Shown here piece after piece: positions 1-13,213 of a stretch of 64,000 nt of DNA. Every line of letters starts with the position of its first letter. The first letter of the stretch is position 1. A program made the position numbers and the translations under genes. The notes beneath the pieces were generated by a model. That model was not told the origin of the DNA and ran no database searches. It was given only the letters and a program-made list of their open reading frames with translations. The stretch is from Harriotta raleighana. Lineage: Eukaryota. The stretch lies in the NCBI GenBank assembly GCA_050575255.1, contig JBNZDD010013440.1:209360-273359 (forward strand). The letters are read 5' to 3'.

Positions 1-699
1 TGCTTAAGAGTATCCAAAGTTAACTGTCTACTAATGGAAATTACCCTGTGTCTAAGTTACATGCATACTCTTTCCGTGGAGTAAAGCCCTTGCAGCCCTA
101 GTTTCAGAGAGTATTAGGCACAGGTTAGTGAGAACAAAGACTTGTGGACCCCAGAATGTACAATGAAATACTGCTGGAGTTTAACCAGCTAAAATCATCT
201 AGTTTCCCATTGAGAGCATTATCTGACAAGTTTATCACTGCTTGTCCAGCAAAGACTACCTTGCTCACTGGGGAGAACGGAAGCCAAGTGGGAAGAATCT
301 CTGCTCCCATTGCCTTCCTACTGACCAGGTTCACATAGAGGAGGTTTAGTCAAAACTGTGGTGTTTCAAGGCTCATAATAAATGTGTGAGGTCATGTTCT
401 ATCTGAGGTGGTTACATAAAAGAGGGCATAGTAATTAGAAAGGAGTTGCGATATTAATAGAAATGGCACAGGATTTTGCAATGATAAACTCTGATACTAT
501 TAATATGAAACATGTGACTGACAACATAAATCACCTGGTGTTATGTAGTTCATGAGACCTTAACCAATCCATAATATTGGCCACCCTTTCTCCCGTTCAT
601 ATGGTTAGTCACCTGCTGGTTGTTTGAGGGACAATGCCCTGTGTAAATTGACCATGTCATTCACCTACAAACATACAGTTTATACACCACAGTGTAGTA

Positions 700-1185
700 A
701 ACAACAATAACAAAACAACCAAATTACACTTGTGTAGTGCATTTTACATTAGGAGGACGTCACAAGGTGCTGGACATTGCTTTGGACCCGAGCTGGGGCG
801 GGGGGAGAGAGGAGTGGGGATTAGGAGTTGCCGATGGGACCATCGAAGAAGAGAGTCTTGAGGTGGGACTTGAAGGAGGCCAGGGAGGGGGCAAGGCAGA
901 GGGACTGCGGGATGTAGTTCCAGAGGTTGGGGGCAGAGTGGCTAAAGGCTCGCTCGCCAATGGTAGGGTGGGTGGGTCAGGGGATGTGGAGCAGGCCAGA
1001 GCCTGCTGAGCGGAGGGGGTGAGCGAGTTGATAGGGGGTTAGAAGGTCACAGATGAAGGGTGGAACGAGGTTGTGGAGGGCTTTAAATGTGAGAACCAGG
1101 ATCTTGAATTGGATCCTCTGGATAATGGGGAGCCAATGGAGTCGAGCAAGGATGGGGGAGATGGGGTCACAGAGCTTGGAGCGGT
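700..1185 (-). mobile_element. L2/CR1-clade LINE 3' fragment
   Basis: Family tail (...cttgtgacgtcctcctaatgtaaaatgcactacacaagtgtaatttggttg) plus degenerate ORF2 C-terminus. The same sequence recurs many times in the window. Confidence 0.8.
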
Positions 1186-1734
1186 AGTAAACCTACACTT
1201 TACAAACATTTTAAAAAGAAAAACAATCTAAAGGACTTTGAGATGTTTCAAATGGAAGAATTATCATCATAATTTTAATATTAATGGTATTATAAACAAA
1301 GTATGCTTTATGCAATTAACAAAATTATACTTTTGCATGAACAAACATATTTAATAATACTAATTTATTCATTCAGTATTTAATTAAGTACTGTGCTGAA
1401 TGTGCACATTACTTAATTAACAACAAATTACATTAATAGAGCGCCTTTCATATCAGGAGGTCTTCCCAAGGCGTCCGATATTATTAAATAGCTGCATATC
1501 AACAATATATCACAGTTTATCATTGTAAGATCCTGTGCCATATTATGCTGTAATTTGAGTTTGATGGAGACTGAGAAGGGAGGTAGTGTCATTTACAAAA
1601 CAGGCTGAATTAACTGTGATAGCTCTGAAATCCTGCAGCAAATGCACCCAAATATATTTCAATTATTAATGGCATTCTTCATTAAAAAATACTTTAAATT
1701 TTACAGTATCATAAATGAGATGCCAAAGTGTCAG

Positions 1735-1865
1735 TCTGACTCAATCGGTAGAACTCTCACCTTTTGGTAAGAAGGTTATAGGTTGTAAAGCTCTATAGTG
1801 CAGTAGTGTGAGAGTGCTGCATTGTCAGAGATGCAGTCTTTCAAATAAAATGTTAATCTGACAGG
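1735..1865 (+). mobile_element. Old tRNA-derived SINE fragment (SacSINE1/AmnSINE1-like)
   Basis: Degenerate A-box-like head then gagtgctgcattgtcagagatgcagtctttcaaataaaatgttaa. Related fragments at ~11240-11480(-), 17200-17430(+), 20530-20700(+) and 45430-45880(-). Confidence 0.5.
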
Positions 1866-3955
1866 TTAAAAGAAAAAGGAATATTCTCCACAAAAGAGAA
1901 GAATATTTTTGGGACTTGGCCAACAATCCAGATAAATTGGTCCTTTCTTTTTTTGTGTGTGCAACAATACTGTGTGCAAAATAGCTATAGTTTTCGCTTG
2001 GAGAAACCTTTACTTGTGAAGAATTTGAAATGTTTTGATATATGGTGCAATACAAATAGAGCAATATACGTAGCAGCAATTTCTGGTGAAGAGCTTTCTG
2101 GTCTTGATAGGCAATATATGAAATACCATGATTTATTATTACCAATAATATTTCATTTTGATTTAAGAAAATAGCTTTTTATTGTTTTAATTCATGTCTA
2201 GTTGATTGATGGTACACGTTGGTTGCCAACAGACACTCAGGGAATTAATGTTTCGCTTTGTTACAGATGAAACTCCTTCCTATACTACTAAGGTATCTCT
2301 AACCCTACAACTCTGACAGTGTGGGCCACAGATTCTCACCGGAACATAAATAGAACATAAACAAAATGACAAGAGAAGCAGAATAGATGATCTGCTGTGA
2401 AGAACTGATTCCCTTTATTTCAAAAATGAAACAGCGAGGCACTGATAAAATGTGATAAAGCACTTAAGTCTGCTATGTATTTTCAAGTACGAGGCAATTA
2501 GAGCTTTTTTTTTAGATTTATTGCATTTATGCATGGCACAGTTCAGAAAGGAGTATGTTCGGAACTGGTTGTAAGAAAGAATTTGTCGTCCCACAGCTGA
2601 TTGATAAGAAATGCTTGGAAAGTCATATGACCAAATGGAAAATGTAAGGCAACATGTATGCATCCTGAATGTGTTAAAGTTAATTGTGCTGTAATGTATA
2701 GAGAGTTAAATATTTGTGGGTAAAAATTCTGTTTAACGTTACACACAACAACTTGCATTTATACAGAACCCTTCATAGGGTAACATCTCAGAGCACTTTC
2801 GGAAAGAAAATAGTAGTTTATTTGGAGAAGGATTACTAGCCAACAAGTGATGTGTGTAAAAATTAATGTATTATTTTACTCATTGTACAAGCCACTCTTT
2901 TGGTTTGATTTCTGAATGAGTCTTCACAGTTGAATCACAGTGACATATGTGTTTCAATGTAGCTCAAGATATTTAAGAGTAAAAATCGCAACATGAATGG
3001 TCTAAAATTCTAGCCAGTGTTGCATTTAACTTCGCTGGCAGTATACAATTGTAGTGAGAAAATGTCGCTTAGTGGCCAACCATCTAAAGGCACTAGAGAT
3101 CTTGCTGACCAGAATTAACAACAAATTAACATGTATTTAAATTATTGAGTAGATAATTAGCATTTACATTAGTTTCTGAATGAGTTGGAGAAGGAGCTCC
3201 CAAAACCCTTCTGAACAATTGTGCTGAAATGCTAATTATTCAGCACGCTGGGACTTCTGTCCTATAGATCGTGACACTGGACTCCTGGTTTGTGGGTACC
3301 TGCTACTAAACAAAATTAATCTGATTCGAGGTGAGATTCCACTAAAAGGCACACTGAATGCACATCATAAGAAACGGACAGTCAGATACACAGTAAAATC
3401 TAGCCTAACCTTTGTGACGGAATCAGCGGACGGATGGATGGGTTACACCTGCAAGCCAGTAAATTTATCAACTGGCAGCATTTATCAGTGATCTGCTAAT
3501 TAGCACATCACAGATCACAATTTTCACTCCATTGTGTACAATTGTGGAGCATTCCACCTTTAAAAGGGCATTGAAGCAATGGGTTGTGCTCCGAGAAAAA
3601 CAAAACTAATAAGGATTGTGGCAAATCGAGATGGTTGAATGCTGGTGTGGAATGTGATGAATTGTGGAAAACTTGAAGGAATAGTAGGATGATAAGTTGG
3701 ATGCATATTTTTATCAGGTTGGAGTATTTACCTTCAGAGACAGAAAACAATTTTACAAAACGTTCTCAACGGTTCTGTTGACAAATGAACAAATGGGGAT
3801 GAATGGAACGCATTAAAGAATAAATTATGGATGATCTTTAAAAAGGGGGTGGGCTTTCTCATTCCAAGCCTAAATTTCTAATTTGTTTTAATCTCTAAAC
3901 TGATTTTTAAAAAATCTTCATCTCTGCATTGGTATATTTGAATACTATATATAAT

Positions 3956-4290
3956 ACAACAACAAAAAAATTACATTTGTATAGCACCTTGGACATCAGG
4001 AGGACATCCCATTTTGCTGGAAAGTCAGTGTTTCAGACTCGAGCTCGGGTCGGAATCTGAGAGGGTGGAAGGAAGGGAGGGAAAGGGATGTGACCGATGG
4101 CATGATTGAAGAGGCGGAACTTGAAGGAGGCTAGGGAGAGAGCAAGGCGGAGGGATTGCAGGATGGAATTCCAAAGGTTAGGGGCAGAGTGGCTGAAGGC
4201 TCGCCTGCCAATGGTGGTTCAGGGGACCTGGAGCAGGCTGGAGCCCACAAAGTGGAGGGAACAGACAGGTTGGTTGGCATAGATAGGGGG
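3956..4290 (-). mobile_element. L2-type LINE 3' fragment
   Basis: Same tail and body as 700-1185. Confidence 0.8.
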
Positions 4291-6890
4291 GAGAATCAAC
4301 CAAGACATCCTGACTGGCTTGGTGAGGTGGAATGTGCAACCTTGGAGGTGCCAGTGCCTGATGCTGCCAGTCCCTGAGGTGTGAAGGCGCTGGCGTGAGC
4401 CAATCAGGAGGGCAAATTAAACAATTGCTCTCCTCCCAATATCTTTAAAAGTAAATAAATGCACTATTATAGTTTGGCATTATGTCATTCAGGCTTTGAG
4501 GGACTCCCTTTCAATCCTTGGTCTATATTATGTTAGCTGATGTCAGCTATGACAGCAGTAGAGACACAAAATGTGCCCCAAAGCTAATGAGGGAGAGAAA
4601 TAAGTGTGCCCTTTTTCACTAACCAATGATTCCTGCTCGAAGTTGCCTGTGTTGATATTTAATGAGAACAAGATTGACCTTGATTGTGAGAGCCAATTAA
4701 TGCTTGTTATCCTCTCTTGCAGATTAAGAACAACAGTTTAGGTGAGGTAGGTAAGAGCTGCCGCCACCCTTGGCAGTGTAACTCACTGCAGATTTATTAT
4801 CCAATTGTTGGTTCACTTATTTGCTGCACAGGTTTTATTCTATGGATGTTAGTGAAATGACCAGCTTTGGTTTTGTGAGTTTATGAATGCACAATGCCAG
4901 GGTTGGTAAATGTATGTTGTGTTCAACACTAATTTACTGTGAAGCCCCACCTTCCCACCAATGAATCACTAATTGAAAGGTAGGTAGGGAGGCTTATAAG
5001 GAACTCTGTGGGAAGAAATAAATTGCAAAAACATCCAGATCAAGAAAAACATAAAATACATAATATTATTGTTTTACTTCATTTATTACTGTATATTACA
5101 ATGAAAATAGTTATTTTACAATTTTCGTAAATCACACTTGCATCTAAGGCGCAATATTTAGACATTGGATATTCTGCATAAACTGTTAAGTTGTCCTTTC
5201 TTTAGAATTTGTCACTTTTTGCCAGCCGAGGATTTCGTACTCTGATATTTGGAGACTGAAAGTTACGGAAAGTTTTAAGTTGAGGAATCTGATTGCGTCT
5301 TGGAGCCCATTATATACATTATAAAATGTATTTTTTATGATTTCATATATATAAAGATTGTTGTTGGATAAATTTTGTGTTGGAATGTAAAGAAGTATCT
5401 GAAGTGCATTATTTGGCACTCTATTAATATTTATCAGTATAAACAGTGCATTAGAGATGTATTATTCTATAATGCATCAGATATCTTGAGTATTCTTGAG
5501 TATTTGATGTGCATTTAGAAATTAATTAAAGGTATACAATGAGATGTTTNAATGGTGGTTCAGGGGACCTGGAGCAGGCTGGAGCCCACAAAGTGGAGGG
5601 AACAGACAGGTTGGTTGGCATAGATAGGGGGGAGAATCAGCCAAGACATCCTGACTGGCTTGGTGAGGTGGAATGTGCAACCTTGGAGGTGCCAGTGCCT
5701 GATGCTGCCAGTCCCTGAGGTGTGAAGGCGCTGGCGTGAGCCAATCAGGAGGGCAAATTAAACAATTGCTCTCCTCCCAATATCTTTAAAAGTAAATAAA
5801 TGCACTATTATAGTTTGGCATTATGTCATTCAGGCTTTGAGGGACTCCCTTTCAATCCTTGGTCTATATTATGTTAGCTGATGTCAGCTATGACAGCAGT
5901 AGAGACACAAAATGTGCCCCAAAGCTAATGAGGGAGAGAAATAAGTGTGCCCTTTTTCACTAACCAATGATTCCTGCTCGAAGTTGCCTGTGTTGATATT
6001 TAATGAGAACAAGATTGACCTTGATTGTGAGAGCCAATTAATGCTTGTTATCCTCTCTTGCAGATTAAGAACAACAGTTTAGGTGAGGTAGGTAAGAGCT
6101 GCCGCCACCCTTGGCAGTGTAACTCACTGCAGATTTATTATCCAATTGTTGGTTCACTTATTTGCTGCACGGGTTTTATTCTATGGATGTTAGTGAAATG
6201 ACCAGCTTTGGTTTTGTGAGTTTATGAATGCACAATGCCAGGGTTGGTAAATGTATGTTGTGTTCAACACTAATTTACTGTGAAGCCCCACCTTCCCACC
6301 AATGAATCACTAATTGAAAGGTAGGTAGGGAGGCTTATAAGGAACTCTGTGGGAAGAAATAAATTGCAAAAACATCCAGATCAAGAAAAACATAAAATAC
6401 ATAATATTATTGTTTTACTTCATTTATTACTGTATATTACAATGAAAATAGTTATTTTACAATTTTCGTAAATCACACTTGCATCTAAGGCGCAATATTT
6501 AGACATTGGATTTTCTGCATAAACTGTTAAGTTGTCCTTTCTTTAGAATTTGTCACTTTTTGCCAGCCGAGGATTTCGTACTCTGATATTTGGAGACTGA
6601 AAGTTACGGAAAGTTTTAAGTTGAGGAATCTGATTGCGTCTTGGAGCCCATTATATACATTATAAAATGTATTTTTTATGATTTCATATATATAAAGATT
6701 GTTGTTGGATAAATTTTGTGTTGGAATGTAAAGAAGTATCTGAAGTGCATTATTTGGCACTCTATTAATATTTATCAGTATAAACAGTGCATTAGAGATG
6801 TATTATTCTATAATGCATCAGATATCTTGAGTATTCTTGAGTATTTGATGTGCATTTAGAAATTAATTAAAGGTATACAATAAGATGTTT
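4210..6890. repeat. 1340-bp near-perfect direct duplication joined at N5550 (likely assembly overlap)
   Basis: 4210-5549 equals 5551-6890 apart from about four substitutions; single N at the junction. Confidence 0.9.
4505..4790 (+). mobile_element. AmnSINE2-like ancient SINE (second copy at ~5846-6131)
   Basis: ttcaatccttggtcta...gttagctgatgtcagc...cagcagtag...tcctgctcgaagt...ggtgaggta resembles the AmnSINE2 consensus as recalled. Further pieces at ~44215-44350 and 44450-44670. Confidence 0.5.
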
Positions 6891-7367
6891 AAAGCTTTTT
6901 ATAGTGTTTTCCACATTACAATAGTTCCTAGATCATTTGCTAGATGTAATGTTGTTGTAGTAAACGTTATTACATTTGTCTTGCAACAAACCCATCGTAC
7001 CTTTTGGGACAAAGGTTGCGTTTATGCAATAAATTTGGAGGCCATCTAGCATCATAGAAATTTACAATGCAGGAGACTATTCAGCTCATCAAAACTGCCT
7101 TGTTTCTCAAAGCAACATGTAATTTAACTCATTTTGCCCTATCCCCATACTTTACAAAAATATATACTACAAATGTTGTTATTCTATACAACATTTCAAT
7201 TATCCACTGAGCATGATCTATTTAATACATGTCTATTTAAAATATCTGTTCTTCTCCCTCAATTGTTTATTGGATTGCTAAGAATGTTGTCTTGGGGTGA
7301 ACAAGGCCATCAGTAACCACAGTTTTCTTGTTTTTTAAAAAAAAAAAGTTGCATACAAAAGCCCCAC

Positions 7368-7617
7368 AGTTCCAGGCAGGGCGAAACTTTGGGCAAGTTT
7401 CCTTACTCCACAAGCCTAATAAGAATCCCTCAAAAAAATACTAAATTGGTCATTTCAATCCGTGACTGTGTGTGGGACATTGCTGTGCACAATTGGCTGT
7501 CGTGTTTCACCCACAAATATACAGTTAATTCACTTTACAGTATATTCTGTGAAGTGTTTGAGACGTCTAGAGCCATGATAGGTGCTATATCAAATGCAAG
7601 GATTATTATTATAATTC
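7368..7617 (+). mobile_element. tRNA-derived Deu-type SINE, 5' truncated
   Basis: gggcaagtttccttactccac...gtgggacattgctgtgcacaattggctg...gtgaagtgtttgagacgtc...aaatgcaaggattattatt. Confidence 0.8.
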
Positions 7618-9344
7618 TGGGAGCGAAAAATTGAAAGAGTTAATATCAGTTTACAATTTACTAAGTGTCTGCAGTATATGAATTGTGAAAGAGCCTGTCA
7701 TATTGGCAGCCCCATATATTACCCCCGTATAATAATGTCAACTCCCAATAATCCTCACCATCTCCAATCCCAGCAACTTGCTGAAGTTAGGAACATCTTA
7801 CTAAAGGCAACTCATTTATCAACTCCACTCCAGTTCAACAGATGTGCAATCTACCCTTGTCTTGGATAATGGATGGATCAAATTAACTTAGTAACTAACA
7901 GTTCTGCAACTTTGTTCATCTGTTACTAAGGTTATTTAACGCTAATTCTGCGGGAACTGCAAATAGCGCTCAAGTGCCAGAATGCTTTCTTATTGCTTTT
8001 TCATGTGATAATTCTCTTATCTTTGGTAAACTTGCAGAGCTGGGTACTCAGTCAGTCACATGACAGGGTTAGACATATTTACCAGCCAGTGTTGAGGGAG
8101 ATGGATTTTGTATTACTCCAGAGATCATTGAGAGGTAATTCATCCTTGAATCAAAACCTCACTTTTAACACTTTGGTGTATGTAAGCCTGAAGGCTGTTC
8201 GCTGTCTGAAAGAATCAGAAGTGAAATACTGAGACGAAGATAGTAATACCTGAGGGAAAAATATAATTGTTCTTAATATCTAGCAATAGAAATAAAGAAA
8301 CAATTGAACATCACAGCCAACCGCCACTATTTCAAAGTAAAGTGCAGTTTTCCTTCCATTTATCTTGGCTTATTTTCTTTCCTCATCAAATTCATCCAGA
8401 TGTACAGTCAAAGTGGGATGGGACGAGGTGGAAGAACTCTAGGATGGAGTTGCAGAGAGTGGGGGCAGAATGTCAGAATCCTTGAATTTAAATTTATTTC
8501 ACATTTGGGAGAATGTCTCAGAACACTACACATTGATTGGTAGAGTGAGCTGGGGTTGGAGGAGGGCAATGGAGGGAAGTGATAGTGCTGAAGGTGCAGA
8601 CAAAGAGATGGTTGTTAATATGGGCTTTAAAGGCAGAGGTAGACTATTATACACTTTTCACTGTACAGACATTTTCTTAGGCTACAACAATATTATTGTG
8701 TTTACTTAATTATGAATCTAAATTTTAACATAAACTGTTTGGAATAGCTTGTTTTTATTTATTATTTTGAACCTTTCCTGTCATTCTCTGAATCAAAAAT
8801 TTAAGACTGAGGCCGATAGATTACTGTTAGGGAAAGGTATCAAGGGATAAGGAGAAAAGGCTAGTACAGTACATGGAGTTCAGGCACAGATCAGCCATTA
8901 GCTAACAGGATTCAGGGTCTGAAATTACTTACTCCTGTTTCTATGTAACTGAAAGCTTCTGTGCCAGTGCTGCTACAGGCAGGATAATTATTGGCCTGAA
9001 ATTCCATCCAGTCAAAAGATTAAGATTGCGTGGAATTGTGTAGTTTTAAAAATGAAATTGTAATTTGGAAGCTGGTTCTTCTTGCAAACTGAAAAAAACT
9101 GAAAAGAGACTGAAGACTGAATTTTACCCAAATTCTCTCTGATCTTAAATTTTAAGAGCGAACTGTCTGATGGGTGAAGACTAGGTAGAATTTGGGTCCT
9201 GGATGTCACCATCTGATTTTATCTTCTTACCTTCAGTGTCTTTGCTTGCATCCTTCCACAGGTAGCATAACAGCAACAACAACTTGGATTAATATAGCGC
9301 CCTCCATGACGAACCGCATTTCAGAGCGCTTAAGGTTAGCCTAA

Positions 9345-9490
9345 GGATAAGAACATACGAACATAAAAATTAGGAGCAGGAGTAGGCCATTCGGCCCTTC
9401 AAGCCTGCCCTGCCATTCAATAAGATCATGGCTGATTTTCTGACCTAACTCTAATTACCTGCCCTATCCCCATAACCCCTATTCCCTCTA
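9345..9490 (-). mobile_element. CR1-type LINE 3' tail
   Basis: aagaacata...aggagcaggagtaggccattcggccc...ccattcaataagatcatggctgat is a typical chondrichthyan CR1 3' end. A plus-strand relative lies at ~8800-8945. Confidence 0.7.
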
Positions 9491-10751
9491 TTTTTAAAAA
9501 ATAAGAACTCATTGCGATGGGGGAACCGAAGTGTAGACAAATACTGCAATATGGCTGCTGCAACGTGGTCTGCAAGTGAACAAAATTACTGGTCTGCTGA
9601 CTGCAAAGAGGTTTAACTTTTTATTCTACCTTTTAATTCAATGAAACGCAAATTAGCATACATAGATATTTTATGGTTTTGCTTCGAAGAAATAAAAAAA
9701 AACACTGAAAAAGTAAATGAACAAAATAGTGAATTTTGTGGAATGGGAAGAGGTTTGATTTTCGGTGGTTTAACTATTTCTCTCTGACACAATAGATATG
9801 CTATTTTGTTTGTAACAGTCGCAACCATTAGCTGCGCCCACCACTAATGCTATGTAAAATGCTGAAAAAGATAAATAATTGTTCACCACACTGGCTGCTA
9901 TGTTAGAGAATGGCCAAGCATGATCAAACACACAAGATTCTGCTTCCAGTCGCACTCCTGAAATTGTAGACTTGACAAGAGTATTTTCTATATAATAATT
10001 CTTGCATTCTGCCTTAACCACAGTAAACTCCTGATAACTTGTCACACCAAGGGAAAAGCGTTCAATGACGAGTTATCTGAAGTGACGAGTTAGCTGTTTG
10101 TATGGATCAATAAACGCAGCCAGGATATTGACAGCAAGATCACTTAAGTGGTTGGAGCAAACTGGGCCAGACTTAAGTTATCAATAGTTTAGTGTATTTC
10201 TAAACCTCTCAAAGCGCTGTAAGAGATTTCACTGTAGTGTATTTTGTAGACCAACAAGACAATGAATGTTGAGCACAGCAATGTCTCGCAAACAGCCATG
10301 AAGTGAATGGACAACTTGTATTACAATAACAAAATTACATTTATAAAGCAGTTTTTACGTTGGGAGATCTCAAGGCACTGAACTGCCAGGACCCGAGAAT
10401 GGGGGCAGGATTGGGATGAGGGAGGGCAGAAAGGGTCGGGGAGCCCAGAGAAGATAATTAAGGCCAATATGATACTATTTTCCATTCATATAATGTGTTG
10501 TACATTAAGACACCCCAGAGCACTGAATAGTACAGGATGAATAAGCAAGCTGGAGGTAGGAACTGAGGGAGAAAGGGAAATATTCCCAAAATGTGTTCAA
10601 ATAATTAAATGAGTTAAGGAAGTGAGCAAGTTGGAGGGTCTACAAGAGAAAAAAAACTCCATTAAATTCATTAATCTGCTATGGATTTATAACAATCATA
10701 CTTCCACGGGATAAATTATGTTGTTGATCTCTCAAAGCGCATCACAGCATA

Positions 10752-11222
10752 CATGTAATACGCTTAATGTCACCTCAGTTAACGTTTTTTCGTTATTATG
10801 TTGCTGACACATTGGGATCATATATTAATTTAACGTTGTGACGTTCGGCACTACATCGCTCGCCAGCAGGTGGAGAGGAGGCACGACTGCGCTAGGACCT
10901 GGGAGTGAGCCATCAGGCGCGGAGGGCGCTATATAAATTGAAGTTGTTGTTGAGCCAGGCCGGCAGTGAGAGAGAAAGCTAGCTAGTAGCAAGTGAGACC
11001 GGCAGCAAGTGAATGAGACTAGCAGCGAGTGAGTGAGCCAGGCAGGAAGTCATGGAACGAGTATAATGTTTTTTAAAGAAAATTTTGACAAAAAATATCC
11101 AAAAGAACCTAACTCGAGTTTTTATATTCATTCCTATGGGAAACATGTATTTGCTTAATGTCGTTTCACTTAAAGTCATACGTTGCAAGAACTAAACTAC
11201 GACGTTACGTGGGCTCTACCTA
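10752..11222. mobile_element. Degenerate Tc1/mariner (Tigger-like) non-autonomous DNA element
   Basis: TA-flanked; imperfect terminal inverted repeats (catgtaatacgcttaatgtc / gacgttacgtgggctctaccta); internal ttcctatgggaaa...cgtttcacttaaagtc motif. Confidence 0.45.
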
Positions 11223-11816
11223 TAAAATGCAGCGAATGAATATTTTGCGGATGAAATGCAACAGTCAGTTTTCTCACAGCAATGTCTCATAAGCAGCTGT
11301 GGAATGTGTGACTAATTTTATTTGGGGGATTTGTTGGCCAGGATACCGGGAAACTTTCTCTTTACGAATAGTGCCACAGGATCTTTAATATCCACCTGAC
11401 AGAACCTCATCTTGAGGACCTCACCTCCACCAATGTAACACAACCTCTGCATTGAACTGGAGAGTCAACTTAACTTGGCTCCACCCTCCTTCCCACATGA
11501 CATTAGGTATCCTGACTGAGGAACTTAATTTGGTCTTCACAGGCTTCCTGTGGGATGTTACTCCCTCCCTCAACCCCTTTATCAAACGATGGACCTGTCA
11601 GTCAAGCCAGGTTTAAGACAGATATAGCCTTTCCCAACCTTGCTGTGTCTCCCAGCTTGCGTTCCCCCCAGTTTAGGAACCAATGGGCTGAAACCAGGGG
11701 TGTCTGACTAGTTGATTGCTGCTCAGTGACCTTTTTTTGACAAAAACAAAATACAAAAAAACACAGGTTGTACACTTTTGAGGGGATGCTCTTTAAATTA
11801 ATCGTGGGTCACCCCA

Positions 11817-12276
11817 GTGTGCACCACAACCATGTTCAAACTTCACTCCCCCATTATCCCAATCCTTGCCAGACTTCAGTGGCTCCCTATACCAGAGAGG
11901 ATTGATTTCAAGATCCTCACATTCGTCTTCAAATCCCTCCACTCCTCTGCACACCCCCTACCTCTCCGATCTCCTCAAACCAACACCTGTTCTTTGCTCC
12001 ACTGGGTCTGGCCTCCTCCATGTCCTCCGAATCCCCCACTCCACCCTTGGCGGTCGTGCCTTCAGCCATTATGTCCCGAGGCTCTGGAATTCCCTTCCTC
12101 ACTCCCTCCGCCTCGCCCCCTCTCTTCCCAGTTTCAGGTCACAGCTGAAGACCTTTCTCTTTGGTCCCGTCTGCCCCTGCCCCTGGCTCGGTCCCGGGAT
12201 CCGCTATTGTGAAACGCTCTGAGACGCTGCCTGGCGTGGAGAGCGCTATGTAAATCGATGTTGTTGTTGTTGTTGT
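11817..12276 (+). mobile_element. L2-type LINE 3' fragment
   Basis: Frameshifted ORF2 C-terminus ([28 protein letters not shown]...GGRAFSHYVPRLWNSLP) and (GTT)n tail. Confidence 0.88.
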
Positions 12277-12425
12277 TCACACCCTGAGGTCACCCACTGC
12301 TTTCGCCCACATGTTTTTCTTGAATACACATTTTCCGGACGCTCTTTGGTTACACTCGAGGTGGGTTTTGCTGTGAGTGGCCGAGTGCAGTGACGGCGGG
12401 TCCCCAGGCATGAACTGCGGGAGTA

Positions 12426-12724
12426 TCCACGTCATCTTTCTCCAACCCGCCTTTTGCAAAGCGACACTCCAGGAAGCTTCTCATGGACCGCACCTCTCGT
12501 CACGCTCCCCCCCTGGCTCGGTATCGGGCTCTGCCGCGGTGAAGCGTCCTGAGACGCCGCCCGGCCTGGGGGGGNTCCACGTCATCTTTCTCCAACCCGC
12601 CTTTTGCAAAGCGACACTCCAGGAAGCTTCTCATGGACCGCACCTCTCGTCACGCTCCCTCCCTGGCTCGGCCTCGGGCTCTGCCGCGGTGAAGCGTCCT
12701 GAGACGCCGCCCGGCCTGGGGGGG
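12426..12724. repeat. 149-bp duplication joined at N12575 (likely assembly overlap)
   Basis: 12426-12574 matches 12576-12724 with about three differences; ends at a poly-G run. Confidence 0.85.
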
Positions 12725-13213
12725 GGGGGGGGGGGGGAGGGTCTGCAGCCTGCGGAGGGAAGAGTTGGGGACGCCGAGCAGCAGAGTTTGCGTAGATGTG
12801 AGGGTCTCGGTGGCCGGGGGGGGGGGGGAAATCAGACGGACAGTGGGGGGAGATGGGGAAAGGCAAGAGCAGGTCATGTGGGGTGGAAAGGTCAGCTGAA
12901 GGTTAAACAAGAGCCAGACTGACACAGTTAACTCCGATGGACACCCCACACATGTATATTGACTGTCATGTCTCTTGACGTTTACGGGCAGCTATCTTAC
13001 ATCTTCACACTTTCACACCTACAGCCAGAGTGAGAGAGAGAGAGAGCGGAGGGGTGGGGGGGGAGGAGACATCCAACGCCTCTTGATTGATTCATCCGAG
13101 CCCCGGGGAGAGAGGGGTGGCAGCACCGAGCCCTTCTCTCAGATTGTCTCCTCTTGCCTGCCAGCGAGCTCGTCGGCGAGCAGTGAAGAAGGCGGGAAGC
13201 AGTCCGGGAAGGG

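Noticed and set aside
2260-3830. Possible micro-exon (2267-2292) and conserved-noncoding-looking unique sequence
   Set aside because: No partner exons or recognisable protein; conservation cannot be judged without alignments.
5186-6760. Two identical 77-aa ORFs suggesting a duplicated gene
   Set aside because: They lie in the N-joined duplication, in AT-rich sequence with a non-ATG start and no recognisable homology.
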